The notes below the pieces were generated by a model, which was not told the DNA's origin, did not search any database, and was given only the letters and a program-made list of their open reading frames with translations. A stretch of DNA of 64,000 bases from Raja brachyura. Taxonomy: Eukaryota. Below, piece by piece: positions 48,681 to 61,934 of this stretch. The first letter of the stretch is position 1. The number at the start of each line of letters is the position of its first letter. The DNA is taken from positions 2,046,001-2,110,000 of the forward strand of contig OY740812.1 in the NCBI GenBank assembly GCA_963514005.1, given 5' to 3'. Both the position numbers and the translations under genes were made by a program.

Positions 48681-50920
48681 ATATTTGCAGCATTTTTGTA
48701 GCCCAAGGACGTTCAAGAGCTTCCATGTAAATGTACACACGTACACACTACAGAACTAAGTGTATATATGTATGTTAAGGGATATATATGTACCGACACA
48801 ACCTGAGGCGGGATCCGTTTCTATGTTGTCTTTCAGTGAAAGCAGTGCAGTTTATGTATATTTTTTGAACATCGAAATGTCAGCTGTATAATTTTGTACA
48901 TATGTGGTAACAACTTTAATTAATTCTGAACAAATCTATCTGCAAGATGCCAAACAATTTCTTCTCAGGGCCGACTTCGAACAATCTTACAGGCGGACAC
49001 TCTTGTGTTTGTATCAAACAGTTGTAAAGGAGGCAAAGTCATGTATTACTTTTCATGGAAAAAAAAAAGTTACCTTATTGCGGTCGTAAAGACAAACAAA
49101 AACTTAATATTTAATTTATGCCAGAACAATGGAAAATGTTAAACCCAGCGGTAATCTAAATCTCAAACATCGAGACAGTGAGCAAACCATGTATTTTCCT
49201 ACCCATGATAAATTATCGCAAAAGAACAAACGCGACTGCTGTATTTGGGTGATTTATAATTGTGTAGCATGTGGCCCAAGTAGTGAGAACTAAACGGCCA
49301 ACTAAAGTGACCTCTGTACTTTTCCAGATAGCAAATTGTGTAATTTATCCAAGTGAATTGGATGATGACCATAAATTGTCTCCAAAATCACATCTTAAAA
49401 TCTGTGCCAATCTAAATTTATTTACGACGGAGAAATACCAATTGGCTCGAGTACAAAACATTTATTTTACAGATAGGGGCAATGTTGTTTACGACATGCA
49501 AACCGTAGCATAGAAACTGATTTCCGGATGATTGCAATAAAACATGAAAAGCCTGCGGAGACCTACTTGGCGCGCCCATCGCATATGAAAAGAGTTCATG
49601 ACTTTAAAATAAAAACTTCCTCCACACGGGTCTAACAGCAATAATGTTGATGTGCTGCTTTAAAATGCAATTTTATGTAATTTATTTTTTTGGCGAACAT
49701 CCATGACTCACGCAGTTGTGATTCTCTTTTTTTTTAAACTGTGACTGCAGTTCAAAAAGTAAGCATGTAAGCTTTTTCAAAAGAACCTTTTCATAAAAGA
49801 TAAACCCAGCGCTTTGTTGAGCCCGCTGTAATAAAAATGTCGACGTTTCGGAAGTTTGGAAGATGAATATATTTACTGTCCCCTATCTGCCCTGCATTTC
49901 AAAGGAATCTCGCTATAGATTGCTATCCTAACAGTGGTGCAAACAGCAGCGGGATGGGGAGGCCTTTCCCTCCTCTATTTTTGGCCTGTCATAGGGGAAG
50001 TAAATCGCAGGCCCCAACCTTACTGTAGTGAGGGTCTCACCGCTGCCAATGATAGTGGCTCAAGCAAGCAAACATGCAAATATTGTCCACACGCCAAGCA
50101 TTACAAAAATTAGCATTAATGTCGCTCATATCATTAGAAACAGTGACCATTAAATTATTTCAATTAATTCAGAATTACCAATGCTTAGACCACGTATTTT
50201 GATCATTTATTTTTTAAGATTAAATTGTGACGTTTTGTGTGCATTCATGCACACTTNNNNNNNNNNNNNNNNNNNNNNNNNNNNNNNNNNNNNNNNNNNN
50301 NNNNNNNNNNNNNNNNNNNNNNNNNNNNNNNNNNNNNNNNNNNNNNNNNNNNNNNNNNNNNNNNNNNNNNNNNNNNNNNNNNNNNNNNNNNNNNNNNNNN
50401 NNNNNNNNCCCCCACCCCACCACCAACAACTACCCCCCCCCCCCCCCCATCATAGGTATATTTGTTGGTGTTAGTTCAAGGCTACACAAGTTACTCCTGC
50501 ACCCTTTCATAGTTTACCGATTGCGCTAAAATCACATACATACCCTCACACACACAAAACCCTTTTGTGCTTCTCCGTCTAGAATCTGAAATTATACATT
50601 ACAGGATGCGTCAGTTTGGGGTTTTCAAAAGATAAATCGAAGTGAGAGGTCGAAAATACTAACTTCAGCATAAACATATTCGTTTTCCTTTGTCTGTCTT
50701 TGCACTGATAAAAATCTACTTAGAGTAGCGCTTTCCAGCCGCACTCTATTTTTCCCCCATTCGAAATGCTTAGCAGCTTTTTAAAAAGTGTCGAGCACCG
50801 GCCTGTTGAACATTTTGTTTTCTCGCTCAGTTTTCGTATTAATCTCATACACTGACAGTCTTTGTTAAACACTAAGGCGTGCCATGCGTCTGAGTACATT
50901 TTAATATTTGTTAGACGCTT

Positions 50921-50937
50921 TGACCTGAGCTTCACCC
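50921..50937 (-). promoter_or_regulatory. Hox4 5' DR5 RARE (B4U-type)
   Basis: GGGTGA agctc AGGTCA has the same half-sites as mammalian B4U (GGGTGA accgc AGGTCA) and lies upstream of miR-10. Confidence 0.85.
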
Positions 50938-51639
50938 CGCTCCTGGACGCTCCCTCTCTACAAGTTCTATAGTATGGATAGGTCTCTCAGTCATATTGAA
51001 TTCTGCTCAGGTCATTACGTTTGAGAAAAATAGCAAGGCAGGAGTTTGCCCAAACCAGCACTAAGGCGCTGCAAAGTTTCTCAAGCATAACATGTTCTGC
51101 GATTTCATTAGCATCAAATATTTATTATAAAAGTCACATCCCTTCCCTTCCCTTGGCTGCTAAATGCGCTGTTTCCAATTTGAATAACAAAAGTAATTAA
51201 TACATCTGTTTTCTTGTGCACATTCAGTTTGCATGAATATAAAATGTACTCGTTTTACATTTACATATTCCCTCTAATATTGCTTTGAATTAGTCCTAGG
51301 GTAATATCTATAGATAAAGCACCGATCGAATTAAAAAGTCCCAGCACATATTTCTCATTGTAAAAGACGAATGCACATGTGTAGAAAAGGGAATTGATTC
51401 GCTTTCTTGAAAACAATTCTTTTAACCCGTCAGAAGAGGGTTTTTTTAATTAAAACTAACGAGTTTGCCACACAACCCCTTCCAGGTAAACGTCGACAAA
51501 TATTTCGATGAACTTAAATTCAAGCATATTCATATTGCATTTCATTTATTCTCCTGATGCGTGTTCTATCTTTCCATAAGTTAGCAAATAGGGGTTAATC
51601 AGTCCAAAATAAGAATTAGTTGAGACGTTTTTCAATTAT

Positions 51640-52125
51640 GCTATTATTTTGACACAAAGCACGGAGATTTTTTTAATTTTTTGCGGTTAAAATGGCGAAT
51701 GTTTCAGTTAAGATGTAGAAACTTGGTCATTTAGCCAGCACGCAGTCAATGTTCGCGCAGCAAGCTCCCGCAGAATTCAACATGATTTGAAAATCTGCCG
51801 ATATTTTCTGCGGGGAAGGGGGAGGGGGGAGGGGGGGAGGGGGAGGGGGGGGGGGGTGTTATCTGAAGTGAGGTGAATACTGGTTAATTAAGAAAAGCAG
51901 AAATCTTTTTTATTTAATGCCGTGATGCTAACCAGGGTGTATATATGTTGCCAAGGGAACGAGGTACACTTCACCTGATTTTCTCTAAAGTAAGTTGGTG
52001 ACATGTTTCAATCCAGGTCTTGGTCTATTGTCTCACCGAACTTGTGCAATTTGGACCGCGCAGCACACCCTGAGTACTGCCCACGATACTGCATTCGGAT
52101 GGGTCTTAAACCCAAAACCTTCGGG
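51640..52125 (-). mobile_element. Ancient Deu-SINE relic, near full length, between miR-10a and HoxB5
   Basis: Colinear resemblance to the reverse-complement Deu consensus: gcagtcaatgttcgcgcagcaagctcccgcaga, then tatgttgccaagggaacgaggtacacttcacctg, then ggtcttggtctattgtctcaccgaa...gcagcacaccctgagtactgc, then gggtcttaaacccaaaaccttc (B-box region). Confidence 0.55.
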
Positions 52126-55100
52126 ATTATATCCTCAATTTGATAAATCATAACGTACATTTATGATTTATCAATTTCAGGATAGAAAACAAAAGAAAAT
52201 GTAATTTAAGGCGAATATGACACATAACCCCGATAACACGTCGTGTCACTGGATTTAACCAATGCAAAACATTTCATTAGAAGTAATATTATTGCTTTGT
52301 CAACAGTGGACAAATTATTATATTTCCACATTGACTATACTTCAGAAAATGCTGTTTGTGTGTAAAACCAGATTAGGCTTTCTGAGGTCAGGAGCAACAT
52401 TTATAATCACATATTCAAATTTCTACACTGCGGAAATATTACATAACACTTCCACGTAAACATTGCCACAGTAAAATTGATTCGTTTAATTGGATCCATG
52501 AAAATTGAAAAAGGTGACCGTTGCCTTTCTGAAAATTAAGCAAAATGCTTGCAGCATGTTTAATGGTTCACGCTGGTATGACAAAAAAATATCTGGACGC
52601 TGAGTAAGATAGGATGGCTGGTGATCAAAAGTTGTCCTCTTTATGTTTCCTCCTCAACTTCCCCAAAAAATGAGAATTGTTTATTAATGGTTTTATCACA
52701 TTGCTGAACAAATTGTCTGCACAAACGTTCGACAAAAAAAATTGGAATTATTTTGTGCAGATTTCTTACAGAGCAACTGTGTTGCAAATAGATTTAAAAC
52801 GTGTTCGATGCGCTGAGCGCAAATAAACAAAACTGCCTCAATTTAAATACTTTACTTTGTTTAAATGGCCGGACAATAGCTTGTAGATTCTGTGTGGCAC
52901 TTTACAAGAGTGGTACATTAGTGTGATATAGGATACAGGCATCGTTTAATGATAATTATAATGGTAATTAAAGTAGGTCAACATCGAGTTCATTCTAAAT
53001 TTGATAGAAGACCTGTGGGGAAGAAGCTGGAAAAAAACGTAATCATTTCCCTTTTCGTAAAATTTGATCGAAGTTCCTCCATTCTTCACAGATGGACGCT
53101 AATGGATCAATTTCACTCAGGAGATATAAAGCTAGTAATAGATGGAGAGAGAGAGAGAGTCTCTCGAGCAAGTACATCGAAAAATGCAGGAAATAATATT
53201 TTCCTTGCGTTTTCTTGCAATATAATTTCAAGGTGCGCTGTAGCTTTGAGGGAACTCGTTCGGGTTATTTGATATCAAAACCAGGGAGTTTATCAATTAA
53301 TTACAAAACCTCGTCTAATTATATTTGACTTCCTCTTTCTACGTCCACACGTGTACATTTCACGACTGTATATGCTCGAAAATACCATCAAAGTACACGT
53401 TCTTGTTTTTGTAAAATTGTTTCCACATCTGTTTGGTAATGCACACGTAACTCAGCCGGATCCCCTGACCTGATATAAAAACATGTACTATTCCCACATT
53501 TTTTTGTCTGTTCATCAATTTCATCGAAAGTTTTTTTTGCCCATTCCTCATAGAACTTGACTCTCAAATAATTTTAGAAGGAACGTTGATTGCCTCTGAC
53601 TAAAACTATTTGCCACGACCTTTGTTTTAAAAAGAGCTCTGGTAATATACACGCCAATTCCTCCCACCGTGGATCTGATGATTTCTAGTTATTATGCAGT
53701 GTGTTCCATAAAAGAAAACAATTAATCCTCCCTGTTTTAGCACAGATCGCGGTCAGACTAGTTCGCAGCTAACCCTCCCCCCATTCACCACCCCCCCCCC
53801 CCCCCACACACCACCCACCACCCTTCCGCACACCACACACACCTCCACCCGTCACCACTTCTGCTCACATTTCCAAACCTTCGCTGACCATTCCCCCCCT
53901 CTCTCTCTCTCCGTTCATCTTATTCTCTACAGCTAATAGATTGTGTCGAATGCTGAGTTTTGCTTAGTTATATATCTTACCTCGGCGTCAATTTTCCCTC
54001 TGCTCCTATAGTCAAGACCATTCCTTTTACCATTGACATCGAACTGAGTCTATCTAGGCAGACAACACCAAGTCACGCACGACGTAAACTTTTGACCCTC
54101 CACTTTTTGACCCCTTAGCTATAATGCTGTACTAACAAGCCCCCATGAACAGTCTCAACATCACAATCCTCAGACAGTAATGCCGTACAGTTTTGTTTCC
54201 TATTCGAGGCAGGATTTTGAGCTTAGCGCTGCTAAATTTTCAATACATATATTTTTAGAAATCGAAAGATTTTATTGAGACACTGGAATTTCCTGAAAGT
54301 TGGGTTTGAACTCTTCAAGTATGTATTTATTTTTCTTACTGGCACTGTTTGAATGAATTGATGTCATTATTCGGCTGGTAAAAATATACAAACTGTAAGG
54401 ATGAGCTTTGTAGAGATTAATTACCACTGCACTTAGAAACTTAGATAGTACATAAGTAGAGCATTTTGGAGAGATATCAAACAGACTCCTCCGTCTCTAT
54501 TCCGCCAGATTAAGTGCAATCGAAAAGCTGGTAAGAAAGGAGACGCATTATGACTATGAACTTGGTCTGAAGCGGGCTCTGGTGGCGGATCCGACACGTT
54601 GCATGTGTCAAATAGCGGCCCAGATTCTGCTCATATTTATTGCAAATTCTGCTTTTAAGTCCGATTTTTATCGTGGTAAAATATCAGGCTATCAAGAGGA
54701 AAATGTTTATCGAAGTCTTCGTCAGCTAGCATGTAGCATGCCTCCCGTGTGAAGTTTAAACTGGCAGCATTCGAATCTTGCTGAATAAAAGCAGATTTTT
54801 TTTTTAATATGCAGGAGCAGGTCATCAGAAAATGATCCCTCAAGAGGCGAAATGTTAACTGGGGTTTTATATTATCTTTGTCACCGGATTGTGTAATAAG
54901 GTGTGAATTATAAATATAATGAAAAAATGGAACCAATTCAATTAATCTACCGCATTGCACTATGAATGGCAGAAGAAGAAATGTGTGCAGGACAAATTAT
55001 AAGTGCTAAGACTTTTTGTTACAAAATGTCTCGCCCATTACATTGCAAATATTGGATACCAACCTACCATTATATTTTGATGTTATCAGTGACGGTTAAC

Positions 55101-58100
55101 AAATCTGTACGTCTTAAACACCATATAAACTCAAACCGCGTCGATTTAAAGGAAGGACGAGAGGCCTGATAACCAAAGAAAATGGATTGAGAATGGTTTG
55201 AATGGTTCGTTGTGTCTTTTTTAGGGCAGGCGAGTTATTATCGAGCTTGATACCAATTATACAGTAGTTTATAGTTTTTGGTTTCATTGTACAATTTATT
55301 AAGTGGATGAGATGCCTCGGAAGTAATAGTGCTCTATAATTTAGGATTTCACCTTATGCCCGTGTTGCATTTAATTGGTCCGTGATGTGTGTGCTGGTCT
55401 ATCTTAGGTCGCATGTTTTGGAACAGGGTGCCGGTTTGTGGCCCAAAGTGATCTCTGTTAGTGGCGGTTAAAACCATGGGGAAGAGTTAATGATAACGCA
55501 TGAGATCTGAATGCTTTTATCTGTGTGTCTGCGAGTAGATGTTTAATTCGGCGATATAATCATTTGACACCTTTATGACTCCATCGCGCGTTTGTGCGAG
55601 TGCCTTTTGTTCCTTTTCTACCTAAATGACAACCTTAGCCCAGTGCTCATATCCATCCAGTGCCTATAACGGCACCAGATGCATACCACTTAAAAACCCA
55701 AACAAAGAAAATGCATCACCTTTAGACTTCGCAGTTAACCTGATAGGGATGCTTATCGATCCTGCACGTTTCTATGAAACAGATAATTTGCTTGTGATTG
55801 TACCAGGGACAAATACATCTATGTATTGAGGATGGGGGTGGGGGTAGTGGGGGGGAGAGAAATGATAGCACTTTCACTGAAACCAAATTATTAATGCTAT
55901 CCTTGACCACAGATTTACATTATAAACGTTTGTGCGCGCGTCCATTCACACGTAGAGCGGATTCTAATAACCTAAAATAGCTTGGGGAAAGGATGAACAT
56001 TAATTTTTGTTGCTAAAATATCGGTGATATATATCGATCCTGGAGCCTCCTTTGGCACCTGAAACATTACTTTAACAACAGTGGAGACACGTTGCAGGAT
56101 GGGGTGTCAATTCGTACACTTCGCCATGGCTTTCCAGTGCAGTCCTGGCGTATTTTACTCACGATCCACGTTCCACCCAAGAGTCGGTGGACTCTTGTCT
56201 GATTGTAATTATTTCTGCTCTATCAGTTTATTTCGTACACTACTCATGAACTATTACACTAATGTATTTCCTGAGCGTCGTGTCTTTAAATCAGATTGAA
56301 AAGAGCTAAGTGAAGAACGAAGTGCTTTGGACACTATCAAGCCTGCACAGAATAGTTGATTGGTGACGGTTTCTGCGATTGACAGACTATTTTGGCTCTG
56401 TGTAAAACATTATAAAGTATAAATGTTTACCCTAAACTCGAGGCTTGTGAATCGTTTTCGCCTTAAACCAAATGCAGAACATGGTCATAAAACGAATTGA
56501 ACTAATTGTTACCCTTTCCCGTTTTTATTGCAGAACACTGATGGGTAATCACTGCATAACATAGAGAGAGGGATCAAGACCCAACTACAATGTGTATTTC
56601 CTCCGGCAGCGACGCTTTTTCCTGTTTACCCGTTGGATTTCACTATCTATCAGCGCGGAAAAGCAATAAAAAAGACTTCGGGAATGTTTCGAAATTCTGA
56701 AAGAAAGAAAACTTTTGACTCCCAATGTAGATTTTAAACGCTCCCACCCCCTCAAACTGCGCACCGGAAACGGAGAGAATTAAAAACTTGACAGCCGGAT
56801 TCGAGGACTATGCACACCAATAATTATCAGGGTGAGAAACTTGGCATTTTCTGATGAGAAATGTCAAAGTATAATTTTTCTCTCGTGTATCTACATTTCT
56901 CCTTAGACGGGGTTGTGACTGCACAAATAATCTTTACAATGAACCTCACTATGTGCAGGCATTCGTCAGATTAGCGTGACAGGAAATGTACAGTAAGGGT
57001 GGATTCGTCCAACGTTACTCTTGATAAAAAAAAACGTACAGTGACATTATCCAAGTGCTGCAACATAACATAAGAGCTGTATATTAATAAAAAAATGCTA
57101 ACTATGCTATAGAAAGTTAGTCGTTGTACATGTTTGGGGGCAATTATTGACCGTGGGATCAAAGGACATCCGTTTGTGCTAAAAGAACCTCTTTAGTCGA
57201 ACAAGTTGATATAACGCCTATTCCCCTGCCTCTCACTTCAACTTAAAACCCCAAAGGAAAAAAAATCGTATAAAAGTCTATGCAACTTTCAATTAGTCGT
57301 ACTTAAGAGTCACATTTCAAAATGATGACATTTATAGAGGCCAAAACTCTATAATTCAAAAAGTGACAGCAGTAAGAGTTAAAGACTATAATGTTAAACA
57401 GTGATTTGGTTTCGTACTGGAATTCCCCCACCCCGCCCCCCCCCCCCACCCCCCACCCAAATATGGCGCACAGTGTTTTCAAAATATGTCCCTAATCCAT
57501 CCTGTATTTATTTTGCAAGAAGAGGCGAATGCGAAATGTACCTCGATTGCCTTTCGAGACCTAACTCTACAGATTAGATCAACATTTCTGCTGTTTTCCT
57601 TGCTCACCTTGACTGTATTATGAGTTCACACAATAGTTCATTTTCGCCATGACCAAAACGTTAGGCCAGCCCAAATTCAGGAAACGGGGGGGGAGGGGGG
57701 GGGGGGGGGGGGGGGTAGGAGGGCTGTGGTGGGTGTGAAAGAGTGTGCAGTATAATCACCAAAATAACATTAAGGCTCATTTTCAGGTTTCACTGTAACA
57801 GACACTTTTGAATGACGCCTATTTTATATCATCCCTTAGAAAAGCTTATGGAATGCTTACATATGCTTGACATATGCTTCCTGCTAAAAGCTGAGATCAT
57901 TTTAACATTTCTTAGCTAGTGAGGTAGTTAACATTTGAAATGCCAACAAGACCAGGAAGTACTGTTGGAATGATAAAAAGATGTCGGTGGCTACGCAGGC
58001 CCTTCCACAAAAGGCCGATTTCCTTTTAAAATCTAACATGTGCAAGCAGACTGCATAAGAATAAATGAATCCACGCGGAAACAGTGTTGAACTGCTGCAG

Positions 58101-58601
58101 TCACAACACACAAAAAATACTGAAAATAAAAGATAAGTTGTTCATTGTAATTTTTAAATCGAATTAAGGTCATAACGAAAAGATTACAATGGGAGAGACT
58201 ATATTTGGTATTGGGGTCTTTAAGTTGTATATACACTAAACTGCAATAACAATTATATTTGCTAGCATATTTGAGGACCTCCAATAACCCACACCCTTCC
58301 ACCAACGCCTATTTCTCAACTCCATCAAATCACATTTAAAGGACACTGCATTGTATATTTTTTACTCCCAACGACAGATTAGCAAAATCAAAATCTTAAA
58401 CAAACAGAGCGAAACGTTGTTAAATGTGAAATAACAAACGAATTTTCAATCGTGCGATCAGTTTATAGACCAGATGACGTGAGGCTATCAGAAAGTACAG
58501 CACGAGAGATACTGAACAACAGCGAATCTGGTTATTTTACATTACACCCCCCCCCCCCCCCCCCCACCAACCCTCACACGTACACACTCGACCCCCTCCC
58601 C

Positions 58602-58602
<1 letters not shown>

Positions 58603-58639
<37 letters not shown>

Positions 58640-58642
58640 CGC
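58603..58642. repeat. (CA)n microsatellite
   Basis: Directly visible in the sequence. Confidence 0.9.
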
Positions 58643-59119
58643 GTACATTAATTTCAAATCAACGTCTCAACGTTGCAATTTTATGAGCTTTAAATCTATC
58701 TGAGTAAAGTAATCGGTCGATAGGAACAAGGCCCATTCGTCTCGTCCGCCATATCTTCGCAATTCCTTTACATCTCGCTGGCAAAGGGGAAAATAAATGG
58801 ATCTTTGAAAGTTTATTTATCCACAACCAACGCCATTAATTAATCGCATTTTAATGTTACTTTTCATTTTGAGAGCTCCACTGGGTCATGCTTACAAACG
58901 CAACACACGGTTCGCTTATAGTTCGACATAACTTACTTTGAGCTGTACAGTTCCATGGAATCCTGACTGCAGCCAGTCCAGTAAATATTTTAAACCATGC
59001 AGGCCTAGTAAGTGAGACCAGCTCGACTCCTCTGGAAGTCTAGTCACATTATACGCGTACAGGCTGCAAACCCAGCCAGATAAAGTTCAGCGTCACTAAC
59101 ATTATACAGAATGTGAAAT

Positions 59120-59200
59120 ATATTGTACCTTGTCAACTCCCCAGAACCATAAAACTAACTTTAACGACCCCACGTGACTTTTGAGAGCCAGTAGGGGTAT
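59120..59200 (-). promoter_or_regulatory. Candidate distal promoter / first exon 3' of HoxB5
   Basis: CATAAAACTAACTTTAACGACC-CACGTG(59171-59176)-n11-CCAGT, with a minus-strand donor AAG|GTACAA at 59129/59128. Confidence 0.5.
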
Positions 59201-60823
59201 CTGCCTGCGGTATGGGCGATTTTTACGATCTAACTTTGAGATAAATACCCAATTCATTTGACATCCCAATGTCATACCGACTTCTTGCATATGCAGTCTG
59301 TTATATTCACAAGGGAAGCATGCACATTGCAAGATAGACCTAATATTTGCCGTGTGACTTATCTGCTACCGATAAGCACCTGGACGTTCTTTTGGTAAGT
59401 TGAGTTTAACCTAAGGTTTACCTGTTGCACCCAAATTAACAAAAGCGCGTAGTATGTTGCATTGACAAACTTCAATGCATCTGATAACTGTATAACTCTC
59501 TGGGGGGAGGGGGGGGGGGGGGTGACATAGAACTCAGGGTTGGGGAGGGGGGGGTGGTCTTTTAATATAGATAACTACGAATACTAAAGCATTTCTGATG
59601 CAGTATTTAAACAGAGGATACAAAGTGCGGTAACACCAGAGAAATACATTCCAAAATGCAATAAGCCACCTAAATACCGTAGTTAAGGCATAACAGAGCG
59701 AAGAGGGGTCGCGTCTGCAAACTAATAGCCCCTAGAAACGGCTCCGGCCTTAAAATGGAAGATTAATGCGGTCAGCCAGCATTAGGTTCTAATAATGTTA
59801 TAGAATTAACTTATCAAATATAAAACGAGAAGCAATCGATAGATGCAGATTAACGAAACGCAATCACGTGCTCTATTCATGTATCCTTGCGTTGCCTACT
59901 ACAGGTAGTTAAGTTCTGGCAAAACACGTGGCAATACTGAAATGTAACGCACCTTACTGGCATACACTACGCTTGATCAAACAATACCTATTCCCCAACT
60001 TCCGTGAGACGTTTTATATCGAGTAATAAGGCCCCATTCTTGCATTCAGTGAAGACACCACACTGCATAAATCAGGGATGGTTATAAGAAACTTTTCACT
60101 TTATTTCGAATTAAGCTACAAACAAATACAAAAAGCTTGTTGGCAACATACTGTCGGAGCTTGACATAGATGTCCTTGATTTCCACAGAAAATATGCCAT
60201 TCATCACTCTGCCCATTACAGACTAGCTATAGGCAACATTATAAACATATTTTTGTATTATTTACAACCATTATAACTCACTAAATAATCGTGTACAATC
60301 GTCGCTGATTTTAGAATCTATCCACATGTATTGACAATAATTAGGTTTCTACATGGACTTTTCACAGACGGACGTTGTTTAATTTCACGGACAGCATTAA
60401 GGACAGAGACTTACAAGAAGGTGTATATATATGTCTGAAAGGTGATAGTGCAAGAGCAAAGATTTTTTTTTTTAGCATTTTATCAACGTGGGGGAGGGAA
60501 GGAAGATCGAATTGTACAACGTGTCAATTATAAATAAGTTATACCATTTACAATCCACAAAAAAACATGCTACTTTTCCAACAGAGCACCAACGGTTCAC
60601 TGACACAGACAAATGTAAGACAGCAACAAGCACTTTAACAGCGAAAGGACAACACAACAGAATAAATGAAACCAAATTGTTAGCAGGACCACAGAAAAGT
60701 TATAAGTAATTTTTAATATTTAACAAACACGTGGGAGTGGTGGGGGGGAGGGGAGGGGGGTAGGAAGGTGCCTGGCTGTACAGTACTGGTGCACGGTGTC
60801 TTTCACGTTTTACACGCTATTTG

Positions 60824-61074
60824 TTAGGGTTGGAAAGCGCTTGCTCCAGCCGACATGCTCATACTTTTCAGCTTGTTGTCCTTTTTCCATTTCATTCGCC
60901 GATTCTGGAACCAAATCTTTATCTGCCGTTCAGAGAGGCACAGAGCGTGAGCAATCTCTATCCTCCGCCGTCGGGTTAGATATCTGTTGAAGTGGAACTC
61001 CTTTTCCAACTCCAAGGTCTGAAAACGAGTATAAGCAGTCCTGGCTCTTTTCCCGTCGGGTCCACCCATACCAT
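60824..61074 (-). CDS. HOXB5: HoxB5 exon 2 (homeodomain)
   Basis: Acceptor TTAACAG|AT. Encodes [79 protein letters not shown]. The spliced protein is 262 aa. Confidence 0.96.
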
Positions 61075-61934
61075 CTGTTAATAAATACAGGCAGGTTTTT
61101 TTTTTATCCATGCTGAATTATCTATCCACGAAAAGATTAATTAAAAAAAAAGCAGAATGCTAGACCTTGAAAGTTGCAGTATTCCCTTCCCCTGGGCCTC
61201 CCCGGACATGGTATGTCAAAATTAAAGTATAATTGTCTCCAGTCCGAATTGCTATTAATTATAATTTTCCTTTTCATTGTCTGACTATGTAACCTGTGTG
61301 TCCTGACNNNNNNNNNNNNNNNNNNNNNNNNNNNNNNNNNNNNNNNNNNNNNNNNNNNNNNNNNNNNNNNNNNNNNNNNNNNNNNNNNNNNNNNNNNNNN
61401 NNNNNNNNNNNNNNNNNNNNNNNNNNNNNNNNNNNNNNNNNNNNNNNNNNTCTCTGTCTCTCCCTCCCACGCACACACACACACACGTGCAAACACAAGC
61501 GCTCTAACACGCACACATCCTTAAAGAGTCCGAAATAGCAAATAAATACATGAAAATGGATCCCAATAGCGCTGATTACCCAGAGAAGCAGCATAGTGCT
61601 CTTTGTTAATATGTTGATCGTGCCATAGTAGTCATAGCTTTCTGTACATCAATTTCTAAATATCATATAATATTTACAGTTTAAACGCATTCAATACTAT
61701 TTTAATATTTACTGATTTTTGTAATGGTCGATTTCCGCGTTATATTTCATGCACGTTATAAAATTGTAATTTACAAATTAAAATTCAATTTGCGGAAATG
61801 TTTAGCTAAGTTTCTGCAGAGCAATAAAAAACAATTGTTCAGATTTTGTGTCATCCGGGCTGCATAATAGGTCGCTATGAATTATCCGACAGCAGAGCAA
61901 TATATAAAGTACTAAACAGAAAATGAAAGTGTAC

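Noticed and set aside
54000-54230. Possible LF-SINE-like relic
   Set aside because: Only short patchy similarity, which cannot be supported without an HMM search.
57920-57941. TGAGGTAGT, identical to the let-7 5' end
   Set aside because: The remainder does not match let-7 and no hairpin partner is evident.
59903-59909. miR-196 seed match downstream of HoxB5
   Set aside because: It lies beyond the likely poly(A) signal at 60100-60105.
3444-61594. ORFs containing X runs and long poly-G/poly-C tracts
   Set aside because: Artefacts of N gaps. Homopolymer lengths near gaps are unreliable, so no G-quadruplex claim is made.
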